From assembly GCF_006345805.1 (NCBI RefSeq), contig NC_043013.1:17732001-17796000 (forward strand): 64,000 nucleotides of DNA, in the 5' to 3' direction. Origin of the DNA: Octopus sinensis (lineage: Eukaryota). Made by a program: the position numbers and the translations under genes. The notes below the pieces were generated by a model. It was not told where the DNA came from and ran no database searches. It saw nothing but the letters and a program-made list of their open reading frames with translations. Position 1 is the stretch's first letter, and each line of letters opens with the position of its first letter. This document shows, one piece after another, positions 12,486 to 26,600 of the stretch.

Positions 12486-13826
12486 CAATGTATTTCAAAT
12501 TATTAACGACGTAACATCTTAAATTTTTTATTTAAAAACTACTCGTTGGAATTCAACGAAATATCCCCAAAATGATGGCAACAGTTGTAGGTGCGTGGTG
12601 TGTTTTGCGCAAGTGTAAACAAACAGCTGTCATTTGTATGATTTCCACAAACTTTCAGTTGTTCCAAAGTATTAACGAGTAGTCTGATAATTATGGATCG
12701 TAAATGTGACTTAACTGCTTCAGAAAAATCTATTATTACTTCTGAACTTGCAAAAGGTAAATCAACATTACAAATATCTAAAATAATTGGAAGATATCAC
12801 CAAATTGTGGAAAAGGTTGTTACAAATTCTACGTAGATACGTAAGAGAGCCGAGAAGGATCCGTCGAGGGCTGTTTCGCAGCGCTCTCTGTCACGAATTA
12901 AGCATGAAGCTGTGAAGAAAACTCTGTGGGAGGAGAACTTTTCAAGCGCATTGGCTAAACAGCTGTGTCCAGAACTACCCGATGTTATCTTCTGAAAAAG
13001 GTCGGTAAACCAGTGACATCAGTTAAAGGCCTCCTTTAAACAAAATACACAGGATCTTTACCTAATGACCGGCTCAGTATACGAAGTTTGAAAGTGTTTA
13101 AGTTACAAAAAATTATTTTCTAAATCTGCCGGTCAATAGGTAAAGATCCAATACACATACAAAATCGTCTGATTCATGCAAGATAATGCGCCCTCGCACT
13201 TAGCGAAGAAAACCATGGAGTATCTATCTGCAACAATTAGGTTTCTGTGGACCTAATTGTTGCCTGCCTGTTTTCCTCGACTTAATCCCGATAGAAAACT
13301 TGTGGAGTATTCTAAAGCGTCGAGTTTACGAGAATGGACCCCAATTTAGGAGCAAAGATGAACTTTGACAAGCAATAGTAGCTGTATCTTGCGGTATAAC
13401 ACTAGAGGAAATCCAGAAATTAGTACGTTCCATGGACCAGCGCTTTTCCTAACTTATTTCAAACAAAGGATCATCCACCCCTTACAAACCAGCTCACCTA
13501 TCATTTTTGAACGCTGTTTATTTGTTTATTTCTATTTCTTCCATTTTTATGACTGTATGTGTTCATTTCAGTATGTACATCAAACAATGAAATTGGTATT
13601 TTCTTGTTTACATGAGTTTTAATTACACCTTGCTAATAATTTGAAACAGTGAAAGTTTACGTTAATTTGGTAAATGGTCGTAGTTTCTGTGTTGTTTTAC
13701 GAAATCTCACACCATGCACATATAACTGTTATCATCATTCTGTGAAAATTTGGTTCAATTCCAACGAGTAGTTTTTAAACAAATTAAAAATAAAATGTTG
13801 TATCGTTAATAATTTGAAACGCAGTG
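12486..13826 (+). mobile_element. Internally deleted, degenerate Tc1-family DNA transposon
   Basis: ~80-bp TIRs (caatgtatttcaaattattaacga... / ...tcgttaataatttgaaacgcagtg) with TA on the left flank. Transposase pieces MDRKCDLTASEKSII..., MQDNAPSH and DLNPIENLWSILKRRVY. Confidence 0.85.
13052..13149. mobile_element. 98-bp MITE with 22-bp TIRs and an 8-bp TSD (Merlin-like), nested in the Tc1 element
   Basis: TIRs ggatctttacctaatgaccggc / gccggtcaataggtaaagatcc (1 mismatch). aatacaca on both flanks (13044-13051, 13150-13157). Confidence 0.85.
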
Positions 13827-13852
13827 CACACACACACACACACACGCACACA

Positions 13853-14039
13853 CGAGGAGTTGCTGAAAAGTTCCTGGCTCTGGCTAAAAGAAAATACAGA
13901 AGGATCAGTCAATTATGATTGCATTTATTGCAGCGGTCCTTCAGTTTTCCTAAGGTCCTGTGAAAGACCTTAGAAATTGGACCTCCAACCAGGCCTTTTG
14001 TGACATTCTTAAAGCCAGGAACTTTCCTGTACCCCCTCG
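13853..14039. mobile_element. Mariner-type MITE
   Basis: Imperfect TIRs cgaggagttgctgaaaagttcctggct / agccaggaactttcctgtaccccctcg. Confidence 0.7.
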
Positions 14040-14532
14040 TGTGTGTGTGTATATATATATATATATATCCTTTTCTTATTGGGGTAGCCAATAAGATACC
14101 CATTTCTAACCCCCTATTACTTTAACTTATCAACTGGCATAATGCTGCCTCCCTTGATTCCATTTTTTCTCCCAGCCAAGAGGTCTTCATCTTGTAAGTT
14201 ACTTGGCAACCCCACTAATGTTGGTGCCATGCAAAAAGCACTGGAGCTGGGGTCACATAAAGAGCATCCATTACATTCTGCAAAGTGGTTGGCATCTAAC
14301 CATGGAAATCATTCCAAAGGAGACAATGGAAGCTGGTGCATTTCTTGGCTTGCTTAGCTCCTGTCAAACCATCCAACCTATTTCAGTATGGAAGAGGGAC
14401 ATTAAATTATGATGATGATGATGATGATTTACCTATCTGTCTGCGTGTCTATCTATCTATGCAATGACAATACTGATATGTATGTGTACAAACATATATA
14501 CATGCATATACCTACTTACATACACACACATG

Positions 14533-14584
<52 letters not shown>

Positions 14585-15008
14585 TTCTTCCTTTTCTCTG
14601 CCCTTCCTACACTACTATTCCATAGTCTACCTACCCCACATTGAATTATCATTCCACATAGCTCCAGCCTTTACATAAAAAAAACAAATTCCTAATGACA
14701 CACACACACACATACTCACAGAGAGAGAGAGAGAGCATATATTTACCCTGCGACCATATGGAAAGGAAGACATTCAAATGGTGATGATTTCATATATATA
14801 TATATTGGGGGTGGGGGAGAAACAGACAGATTTATGTGTCTGTATATATTTTTAATTTACCAGAATGTGATGTTTGTTTGGTTGGTGTCTGTTAATGTTG
14901 TCATGGACAACCATTATGATGGATACTGACTCTGTGTCAACAGGAGGAATTGGCTGCTATTTCTATCAGGTTGACTGATCACACAGAGATTTTTTTATTC
15001 GCTCATAC

Positions 15009-15042
<34 letters not shown>

Positions 15043-15059
15043 GTGTGCGTGTGTGTGTG

Positions 15060-15093
<34 letters not shown>

Positions 15094-15095
<2 letters not shown>

Positions 15096-15391
15096 CATGA
15101 CCGACCAGGCTATCTGATGTTGCTACACATCGCTGATCACAATGCGCTTCGCATTGTTTTAGCCTTCAAATGAGGCCACTCCGCTGGCTAAACGAGCAGG
15201 CCAACAGAAGAAAGAGTGAGAGAAAGTTGTGGCGAAAGAGTATAGCAGGGATCACCACCACCTGCCGGAGCCTCATGGAACTTTAGATGTTTTCGCTCAA
15301 TAAACACTCACAACGCCCGGTCTGAGAATTGAAACAGCGATTCTACGACTGCAAGTCTGCTGCCCTAACCACTGGGGCCATTGCCCTCCAC
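15094..15391 (-). mobile_element. tRNA-derived SINE
   Basis: Minus-strand head tggagggcaatggccccagtggttagggc...gtttcaattctcagaccgggcg with A/B-box remnants. Confidence 0.7.
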
Positions 15392-16889
15392 ATATATATA
15401 TATATATAGGAGTATATTCTGTAAATGTGTGTGTGTGTGTTAGTTTATGTGAATGAATGTGTGTACGAGTGGGTGTGTCATGGTGAGTTCAATCATGGTT
15501 CAGTGCCTTCATATAATTCTTAACCATACCTATGAAAAAGGAATGTGGGATAGTTTCTGCAGTTTGCCTTTCAATAAGCTCGGCATTATTAACAGCCAAA
15601 CTTGTCTTATTCATTTATACTTTTAACAGTTACAGTCACTAGAATGTGGTCTTGCCGGGGGCTCGCTTTTAGCAGTTTTGTTGATCATAACTGACCCTAG
15701 CACTTGTGTCGATTGAATTTTTTTGCGTTCCATTTTCAAACCTTTCAGTTACAGGACATAGTGATTCGATACAACCTAAGTTTAGAACATGGATGCAAAC
15801 ATAAACAATGACACATACATGAATGCACACACACACATATCTAAAATACACATACATACGCATATTCATCATCATCATCATTTAACGTCTGTTCTCCATG
15901 CTGGCATGGGTTGGACAGTTTGATGAGAGCTGGCAAGCCAGGGGACTGTGTGAAGTTCATTTGTCTGTTTTGGCATGGTTTCTATGGCTGGATACCCTTC
16001 CAAAGGTCAAAACATTTTACAGAGTGTACTGAGTGCTTTTTCCCCATGGCACCAGTACTGGTGGGGGTCATCAAATATCTTGCAAGACAAGACAAAGTCC
16101 CCTCAACTGGGGGAAGTAGTATTGAGGGAGGTGGCTTTGTGCCAGTTGATGAGAAGTTAAAAGAATAATAGAGGGACAGAGATAGGTGTCTTGCTGTAGA
16201 AGAGATACAAGGATATCCTGGGTGGAGAAGGAGACTTAGAGAGAAAGGTAGAAATGGAGAGAGTGGGAGAGATGGTGGTGGATATGTGTTACAATGCAGG
16301 AGACAACAGGTGAAGTGATACAAAGGATTGGACTGGTTAGGGGGACAGGTGGGAGAATTTGATAAGAATGTGAGGGGGTGATGGTTAGATGGGACGTAGG
16401 TGGCTGTAGCAATTGAAAGTGAGAGATATAAGAATGGCTAAGGGAGTGGGGTTATGTTGGATATGTGTGTGGGCATTGAAAGAGATCGGGGGGGGGGATG
16501 AAAGAGGTGTGAGGATGGATGGAGTAGAGCAGACAGGAAAGAGCATGGAGGAAGATAATGATGAATGGAGGTGGTTCTAAGGATCAAATTTTGCATGGCT
16601 GGAGAAAGATGAGGAGTAGAGGTGGTTCTGGGGAGGGGAAGGTAACAAAAGGTGTGTGTAATGTGTGTGTGCCTATTCTGCTCTCAGATGGTTATGGTAA
16701 GCAAATAATATCAGAGATAAAGAAGTGATGAGTGTTAGGGGAAGCTTGACAGTGCAGAAAGGATGGAGGTGGGGTTGAACTTTGCACATACAAGCATTTA
16801 ACAAGATGGTTTTAGGATATCGATTCTGTTGTGAGGGTTGGGTTTTCTCAAGTGCAGCAAGGTGCCAGATATCTAGGTTCTTTACCATT

Positions 16890-18060
16890 TCCTCTTAAAG
16901 GCTCAACATCTTGAGATCAGTCCTCAATACATTGTTGCATGTATTCCTGGGTCTCCCTCAACCACAAGTTCCACCTACTTTTAAGTGATTGGCACTTCTT
17001 TATGCAACTGTCCTTATCCATACACATCATCTGACCAAACCAGTGCAGTCTTCTCTCTTACATCTGATTCCTTTTATGTCTAACTTTTCTCTCAATGCTC
17101 TAACACTCTCTTGTACATGTATATTGATATTACACATATAGTAGAGCATACTAGCTTCATTTCTCTCTTATCTACATGGGCCCTCTGCATTTAAGGCCAA
17201 TGTTTTACTGCTATGTAGCATTGCAGTTCATACACAAGCATTATACAATCTTCCTTTGGTTGCCAACAGAGGTAAAAGCTGTCTGAATTTTTATCATCCT
17301 ATTCTTATTCTGTGGAGGCACATGGCTTAGTGGCTAGGGTGTCAGCATCATGATCATAAGATTGTGGTTTCGATTCCTGGACCGAGTGACACATTGTGTT
17401 CTTGAGCAAAACACTTCATTTCACGTTGCTCCAGTCCACTCAGCTGGAAAAAATTAGTAACACTGTAATGGACTGGCGCCCCATCCAGCTGGGGAACACA
17501 TATGCCATTGAAACCGGGCCCATGAGCCTGGCTAGGCTTTAAAAAGGCACATTTATATTTTTTATTCTTATTCTAGCAATTACACTTTCAAACCATCTTC
17601 CTCCACTGATGATTAGGTCACCTAGGTAACAGAAATTATCTACGACCTCTAGGGTCTTCGACAAAACTCATTTCTTGTGTGTCTGTAGATTTTAAGACTT
17701 TAAGGCTCCTGTGCATCTTTCACACATGAACACCACTTTCTTTCTTATTCTTCCTGTGATTCCACTGCACTGGATATACTGAATGGAATTCCTGCCAACA
17801 CCTTTCCCACATACTGAGTAGGGCCATTTACCTAAATTAGGTAAGGTTCTGTCTGTTTTCTTGCTTACTAGGACTTTGGTCTTTGTTAAGTTAACTTCAA
17901 GGCTACTTGAGTTGAAGTTTTGCTTCCACACCCGGAATTTCTTCTCTAGTGCTGTTATAGATTCTGCTATGGAAGCAAGATCATTGGTAAATAGCAGTTT
18001 CCATGCATATCTGGTCTTGAATTTCTCCGTTATGGCCTGGAGGACTATGATGAAGAGTAG
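16890..18060 (-). mobile_element. Degenerate RTE LINE ORF fragments, interrupted by a SINE
   Basis: VNLTKTKVLVS...GKWPYSVCGKGVGRNSI... is homologous to the RTE ORF at 42617-43298. Confidence 0.75.
17312..17562 (+). mobile_element. tRNA-derived SINE with 12-bp TSD
   Basis: Head gtggaggcacatggcttagtgg...gtttcgattcc. tattcttattct at both 17300-17311 and 17563-17574. Confidence 0.85.
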
Positions 18061-18799
18061 GAGTACCTACTCGTGCACTGCATATATATGCATCCCTAGG
18101 TGACCAGAGTCAAAACACTGTTGTATCATCTTCAGTTTCTCCATATTTTATACCCACACTGAATACTAATTTTAGAATTCCCCTGATATAGAAGAATAAG
18201 GAAATACAAAGAGATACAAGTGAGGAAAAAAAAACAACAAAAACAAAATAAGGGAAATAAAAAATATAGAATAAAGAAATTAGTAAAAATTTAGGAAAAT
18301 AAAAAAGAACAATTAAGCATAAGAATGTCATAAAAGGCTGGCTTTTGACAATTTACCCATCTCTTGTGTCTGTTACTGTTCCATTTGAAAGAAACCAGTT
18401 CACTACCTTGAAAGGCTATTAAACTAACAAGTTTAGCTACACACACATACATATATATTTATTCAACCCTATTGTACATACATGTGTATACACATACATA
18501 TATTTATTATATCCAAACATACACTCTCACTTGCCATTCTCATAAATGTACAATCATTCATGCTACTCCACTTATGAGACCGACAATCCTGCTCATTTAT
18601 CAGAACTTTTTCTATTTATATCCATTCATTTTGAATTATTAGTTTATGCTTAAAAGGAATTTAAATCTATAGTATAAACTCATAGGGTTTGTTTGTACAT
18701 ACCTACATAGTTCTATATATCATGACATTGTTGTTGGCACCCTTTTTGTCTTGGAGTTGCGCATAAAATAATCTAGTCCGGCTTTTACATTTCATGTCC

Positions 18800-19221
18800 T
18801 GCTGCGGCCGTGTAGTCCTGTCCTTGCTCCTACATTATTTAGCATCTTCTTCTTGCTGCTGCTGTCACATGCCTTTGAGACATCAGCTCATGGAATGTTT
18901 CTGCTCAGTAGAAGTGACGGGAAACTGTTCAATCTCCCGCGTCTGCATGCCAAGACCAAAATCAGAAGCGTCCTGATCAAGGAGATGCTATTTGCTGATG
19001 ATGCCACTCTGGTATCACACACAGAAGAAGCCCTACAAAGGCTCATCAACTGTTTTGAGCAAGCATGTAGTGACTTTGACTTAGTTATCAGCCTCAAGAA
19101 GACCAACATCATGGGTCAGGCTACATCGGACATCCCAAACATACATATTGGAGACCACAGACTACAGGAGGTGGAGAAGTTTACCTATCTTGGCTCTGCC
19201 GTCACCTACAACCTATCATGA
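18800..19221 (+). mobile_element. RTE/BovB-type reverse transcriptase fragment
   Basis: RSDGKLFNL.RL.AKTK....IKEMLFADDA.L..HTEEALQRL...ISLKKTNIMGQ...VEKFTYLGS. Confidence 0.88.
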
Positions 19222-20333
19222 TATATCTATTCGCATATAAGATAATAGAGATAATTTCAATATTTCTTCCATAATTATACCTTGTATCTGCATATACATT
19301 TATACTGAATGATAAACACATCTTAGAGGTGTGGAGAATCTAAAGATGATACAGCAATGCTTTGACTCTGGTCACCCAAGGATGCACAGTATACAGCTAT
19401 TGTCAAATCTTATTAATGCAATATTGCATATAATTTATGTAACATTCAGTAATTAAATGCTGATAACTGCGTAACAAAATTTTAATTTTTTTGTCTTTGG
19501 TCAACAAGTGTTATTTCCTGTTTGCTTCTATCTAGAAGTTAAAGGAAATGACCACTATTCCCTTCAAACTTTGCTTTTGTGACCTGGACGTCAATGTTTT
19601 GAAACTGACCTATTTTCTATTACATTTCAGACAGATTCAGTGCTGAATTGCTGAAGCAGAAATATCGTTGTAACAAAATTCTGTTGTGTCTGGGGAGAAT
19701 CATTTTCTTTTTGTGCCTTATGAGTCAACACACTCACCAGTAAAATTTCCACTTATTTCTTATTTTCATTTTCCTAAAATTTTCATTGCGTCTTGCAACC
19801 TTTTCAATAGTCTTGTAAAAAATATTCTGCTCAATATCACAGATTTGCTTGACTTCCACCACTTGAGCATGTCCCTTAGTGATCATGAGAAGGAGTAATT
19901 GGGAAGCATAATAGCCATGTGTTGAGAGGGATTCTTTGGGGTTTGAATAAATGCATCAAAAGCAGAGTGTGAAGGAAATATCAGTCATTTTTCATTACTT
20001 TCTAGGGGTAAGCAAATAGGAAATAAACAGTTGCTACCCAACGACAAAAAATCATGTTACATTGTGTAAAGATGTATTGAAACAATTGTTGTGATTTGTA
20101 ATAAAGCTTGTTCAATCCATATCTCCTCACATTAAAATTTTTTTATATGCATGTGTATGTAAGTATGTATGTATGTATGTACAGATACCGGCATGGCTGT
20201 GCAGTTAAGAAGTTCTCTTCCTGGGCATATGGTTTTCGGTTTAGTTTTATTATGTGGCACCTTCACAAGTGTTTTCTGTAGCCAATGAGTGGAATTAGGC
20301 AGAAATTTGAAAGAAGCCTATCACATGTGAATG

Positions 20334-20372
<39 letters not shown>

Positions 20373-23269
20373 TTATATTTGTGCACACATATATATACTT
20401 ATGTAAATGCACACATGCATATGTACACACATGGTATGAATGATATATATATATCTCAGTTATACATAGTATATGATATATATATATATATATAGGTTAC
20501 ATGTGTGTGTGTGTGTATGTAAACTTATATATACATACATACATACATATATATATATATAAAGTAAAACTCCCTTTGGTCACAAATGACAATAGTATTG
20601 CACCTAGAAAGTTCCACTCTGAGGTACAAGTCCAGGCAAGGTTGTTTGTAGAAGACCAGCAGTCACTCATGCATACCAGTCACCCTTCTCCACACCACTG
20701 ATGTAATCCAAGGGAAACGTAAAGGTCGATTCTGCTTGGTACTGGTGATGTAGCAACTTATTTCTACAGCTGAGTGGACTGGAGCAACATGGAAATAAAG
20801 TGTCTTGCTCAAGAACACAACACACAGCCCGGTCCAAGAGTTGAACTCACAACCTCACAATTGTAAGCCTGACACTCTACCCAGCGAGCCATGCACATAT
20901 ACATACATATATCTTAGTTCATGATAGGTTGTAAAGGTAGGGCATTTCCAGAGAAGCACCCAACCTGAATTTTGGGCTGTCAACACTGCTGGGTTCCAGA
21001 ACAATGCCTAAATTCTTCAAGTGTTAACAATCCTGGTTTCATGACGGTAACACTGTTTTATGCATTTAGTAGTGAAGAGTGAATTATAATCCAAATAATA
21101 AGACAAAGAGATTCGAAATTCTTTAACACATCTTTAATGATTCCTCACAATTGTTTCTATACCAACTCTGCTTGCAACACCAGTTTACGCAAAAATTCAA
21201 ACTGAAAATTTATATAATGTTTGTGGTTTTAGATATTAGAATAGCACTTCATCAGACTTGCATCATCCCATTTCTTCCACGGGTTCCATATATACATTAG
21301 TCTATTCATTCAGTATAATTTAAACCTTAAAACTGTTCAACAAATATTCTGTATGAAGAATTCCACGTGTAGTCTGTTGATGCAATTTTACCTTTTGTTA
21401 TTAAATCTGGGCTTCAGTGTTACAGAGTATATTTAAAAAATAAAACACGAGAGATTATTTATGATATCTAAGTACACCATCCTAAGTATGTTTCATTAAC
21501 ATAAGGTGATAATTGGTTATCAATTATCAATCCTTATTGTCAAATAATGAGGGATGTGTAATTATTAAATATATAGTTGGAGTGAAAAGGTAACAATAGT
21601 CGCTAGCCATCTCCACTTTGACAGTACGGGCTGATTATAAAATTTACATTATATAACCAATTATTACATAATGTTAATAAAACATACATAAGAAATATAT
21701 AATGAAATATTTTATTTTATAAACAATCTTTTGTGTTTTATTTTATTTAGCTGCTTATCCCCTTATTCCATATGTGTTGTTTTAGACAGGTAGGATTTGC
21801 ACTCCTACTTATTTGCCATCATTATTTTACAAAATCTGCCAAAAAAGACTAAAACTTGGCCAGTATTTCCAACAACCCTAAATAATTCTACATTGTGAAG
21901 AGAACCAACAATTTCATTTGTTCTACAAAATGAAAGGTTTTGCTCCATTTAAAACTTCATAACTACAATTATGTGCTCAGGTGTGTGCCAAATTTCATTG
22001 TTTTACCTCCATTCTTTCACAGGTTGGAAATCAAGATGTTCACCTTTGTTTTTGTGTATTGTTGGTGACATAGTTTACATATGGGATTATCTCCATACTG
22101 ACCCAATTCATTGCTTTTATTTTCTTCAGTGATTCAACCTTTCGTTAATAAACAACTTTGATGAACATTTTGCTAACCATATTTTCCTTGTATGGGAAAC
22201 AGAATAGGCTTCTGAAAAATGCCGCATGCCTATCTGTATTTCACCAGACTTGGGATAAAGAAACCGAAAAAAAGGCGGAGTGTGGGTGGGGTGTTGCATG
22301 AACCAAAACCTGACCAGTTTATCTTAATTATTCTCATGGATCTAACTGTATATTTGAAAGACTTGATGAATATTGATCAATTAGAAAAAGCTGGCCATAG
22401 TATTTGAAATCTAGGCAACAGTTCCACTATCATTTTACTCAAACTCTGATGTTTACCTGCTGCCAATACGTTTGAGACTTTTATAAAGTTAACTCCGAAA
22501 GATGATAGTTTAGTTGATGAAAATTATCAGCATTCTCCCCTTTACTTGGATGGATTCCACCCTTACAAAAGCTCAAGTAAAGTTCTCATTCCTCAAAGAT
22601 AGGGGATTTATGTGGCATGTTTGAATAGGCAGTCTGAGATGAAATGACATTTATTAACAAATGGCTTGCAACTGCCAACATCTCTTGATATGACAGAAAC
22701 TGACAATCCTTCCCTAATTCTCTATTGCATTGATTCTCCCTATTTTTGGCTTATGAACCCTTTGGAATCATATTTTACTTGGATGGACCCTCATAGCTAT
22801 TTGATTTAAAAAAAAATCCTATTCATCATCATCATCGTCGTTTAACATCCGCTTTCCATGCTAGCACGAGTTGGACGATTTGACTGAGGGCTTGTGAACC
22901 AGATGGCTGCACCAGGCTCCAGTCTTCATCTGGCAGAGTTTCTACAGCTGGATGCCCTTCCTAACGCCAACCACTCTGAGAGTGTAGTGGGTGCTTTTAC
23001 GTGTCACCAGCACGGGGGCCAGTCAAGTGGTACTGGCAACAACCTTGCTCGAATGTTTTTACACGTGCCACTGGCATAAGTGCCAGTAAGGCAAAGCTGG
23101 TTATATCTTTATAATTAAATAGTATTAGGAATTCTATTAAAAATTGTTTAAATATTTTAGTCTATTGTAAAAGTATATGACCAATTTGTTGCAGGTAAAT
23201 TTTAACAACAAAATCTTATATGGACCTCTTGAACCTATGCAGGAATGATATGAGCAAGGAAGGAATTTC

Positions 23270-23690
23270 AGACAGTCAACCTCTGGGAAGGAAGGACCAG
23301 GCATAGTGATTAGTGTGAGAAATAGAATTTGAGCTTGATTCCTATGGCTCTTCACTATGAATGATCCTTCTTTTGCAGTGATGAGAGCAGAGATGAGTTG
23401 AACAAGAATGCTTGAGTGAAGGTGGCATAATCCAGCAGAAGCCATTATAGTTGTGGCAGAAAGAGCGGAGGGAGTAGATAGTTGGTCAGAAGTTAGAGAA
23501 TATCTGTGACTTAATGCTTACTGGTTGAATTATCCTTTTCTGGATGTGATCTAAGATGTCTTTGAGAGCAGCAGCACTACTTCAGTGTTGGTCACATTTT
23601 AACTTTATAGAGTAGCAATAATGATGAAGGATATTTTGACCTTGAAGAGAGGGGGCCACTCTTTGAGATGCAATACTATCTATGTTAGGG
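23270..23690 (-). mobile_element. Degenerate CR1/L2-type LINE 3' fragment
   Basis: Minus-strand remnants ILDHIQKRII and SLFCHNYNG resemble the post-RT region of CR1/L2 ORF2. Confidence 0.5.
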
Positions 23691-26600
23691 ACTAGCTTTT
23701 ACCAAATTAAAACAAACAAGTTTAGTATTCACTCCTGATGCACAACCTTAATACTACATAAATGTTTTTGTGGTCCACCACTGAAAAATGTGTCTCTTTT
23801 AATTTAAAATTGCTATTTGTGTTATAGTTTTATAAGATGGTATACACAATAAAATGTTTCTTCCCTGTTTAAAAACCCTGATTTGATTTAATGGAACCCA
23901 TTATTCATATATTGTCTATAATATTTTAAAAATTGTTTGATTTATTCAACTTATCTTACTTATAAGAAAAATTATAATTAAACGCAATCATTGTTTGCCA
24001 AGTTTAAAGCATCGAAATGTATTAATCATCTTGATACAAAAATGATATCTGTTTATATATTGATGTTATTCGATACCAACATACCTCAGATCAGCCCTAG
24101 TTCTATGATACGATCTTCTTGTTTTTTAAAGTGATCTAAATTTTAAACTTTCTATTAAAATTTCATGTAAAATTATGTTGCACATACTTTACAAAATGAA
24201 CAAATCAAGGCAGAATATTTCAACAGAAATTTGGTAACTAAAGGGCCAATAACGACCAAGTTAATTTACTAAATTCCTTATCATTTTAAAAGCAGTGAAT
24301 TTCAAACGAAAAAAGGTAACAAAAATGTTTATTTAAAGCAGTGGGCTGTGATGCTTGAAAAGAAGGGGAACAAATTGTCACGTTTAATAATTGAAATGTT
24401 TTTAAACTTTTAAAATTTGCCTAACACTATTGTGGAGAAAGAAATAGAGATGCATTGTCATTAATTTCTTTAATTAATAAAAATAGTGGGTGGGGAGGTT
24501 AAATTTCACAAATACTTTTGTAGGTGAGTGGAGGGTGTGTGTCTGGTATTTGTCTATTTAAGAGCCCACAGATTAAAAGTGCATTGGATCTGAGCATAAG
24601 CTACTTTTGTTACGAGCTACATCCGGCCCCGGGTTAAGTAGTAAACACTTATTTAATTAACAGGAACGAGGGGTAATAAACGTGAACGCCAGGTACAGTT
24701 TGAACTCGGAGCTTAAAAAGAGGAAACTAAATATCACAAAGCACATTCATCTCTTTCTCCACCGTTTCTGCCATCTGTCTCTCTTAACAAAACCATATAA
24801 ATGAATCAACCTATATGTGGTTGCTCGATCAGTTAGAAATAACAGCCAAATACCATCACTAGCCCTAAATTACATCCTAAACATCTTTAAAAAAAGGCGA
24901 GACAGTCACAGTCGGAAAGCATTTCATTATAGCTTTGCTTAGTCACTTTTCACCTGGAGCTAAACAACTAGGTTACATTATTCCGAAAATTCAGTCATCG
25001 AACCTGGAAGGAGGAAAAGCGATAAATAATTTCTAAAATTGGCATCAAGCCACATAAATTATAGTCGCATGAACAAGGCCCCGATTGCAGCGGAAGGAAG
25101 AGTCGTTCTTTTGAGAGATAATAAATATATAAATAAATAATTAGGACATCGGATAAAATATGTGACAAAATGGAATTAAAAAACAAAAATAATATAATGT
25201 ACAACATATCGATTTTTAAAGGCAATGGAGTGTTATGTACATTACTGGACGATACATCTGTGCCTGTCTTAACACAGCACACACGTGTTCCATTGGTGCG
25301 TAATATAAGCAACCGAGTATTTAGAAAATTGCTTAATACACATCGAATCCTTAGTGTATCTCCAGTTATGATATAAAATGACATAAAAAACCCTCAGTTT
25401 ATCGATTTATTCAACTCATCAGACAAAGCTAATACCTCTTGAAAAAAGGTATAAATACCACAGCATGGTGGTGTGCCCCGTCTTATCGTATGAATAAATT
25501 GAGAGGTTTTATGTTAGATATTTTTGTGACGAAATATCGAAATGTATTTAATAATTATTACATCCGTGTAAGACACGTTATCTTTTGACGAAACCTATCT
25601 ATAAGGACTCCTTTTTGAAATCAATTAGCAGACACGAAGTGCGGGATCACTCAGAATAAGAACAAAAAAGAGCGTGTATATATTCCTATAAATATCTCTA
25701 TTTCTCTAATACTTGCACCTATATCTATCTATATATATGTATATACAAATTTGTTTATACAGGCTATTTTCAAGTAACACTTTATAAGTTGAAAACACAC
25801 GTCCACGGTGTGTGTTAGCAGTTCGTGTGCCTGCTTTGCTATTCGATGGTACTTGAATTCGCGCGAAATTTCGAGACGATTGGATCCACATCAATGATCG
25901 CTGGTATTTTTGAGTTCAAATGTAGCTTTGGTCGAATTGTGTTACCCCATCTTCTGCATTGGAATAAAATAAACACCAGTAAAATACTGAGATCTTTTAT
26001 TTTATTAATTAACTGTGAATCTAATGTGAAACGATAGATAGCTGATGGTACGAGTCATATTTAAAAAAAAAAAGGTCACCAGGATGTGGGTTCAACCCCT
26101 ACTTATACGTTTTCCTTTGTATCACTAACATTTCTTGGAAAGGATGAATATCACAGTTACCCGTTTTCTGTTTAAATTTTAAGGCTTCAATGTCTAACAG
26201 AAAGAGACATTATTGGGGCAGCATGGGTGTGAGAGAGAGAAGATATATATATATATATTTATATATATTAAAGTACGTTTGTCTCGCTCTCATTACGAAT
26301 TCCTGCTCGATGCCACTCCGCTCGTCATTCTTTCGAAACCTAATAAAATCATTTACACTCAGAGATTAGCGTAATCGATTATACATTTATCTGCTTTTCA
26401 ATAATTGGGCTTTATGCCTAAGAAACCATTATGACTAATGTCAATGAGTTCGGGCAAGAGAGTCAGATTTGCTCCTTTCAACTTTGTGAAGCTTTCCGGC
26501 AATCCAGTCACGATTTCCAGTTGTAGTTACTCTACGACCGGGAAAATACAGAAACGAAGCATATTTCCAGTTTCATGAAACTAGACCAAAAAGCATCTTA

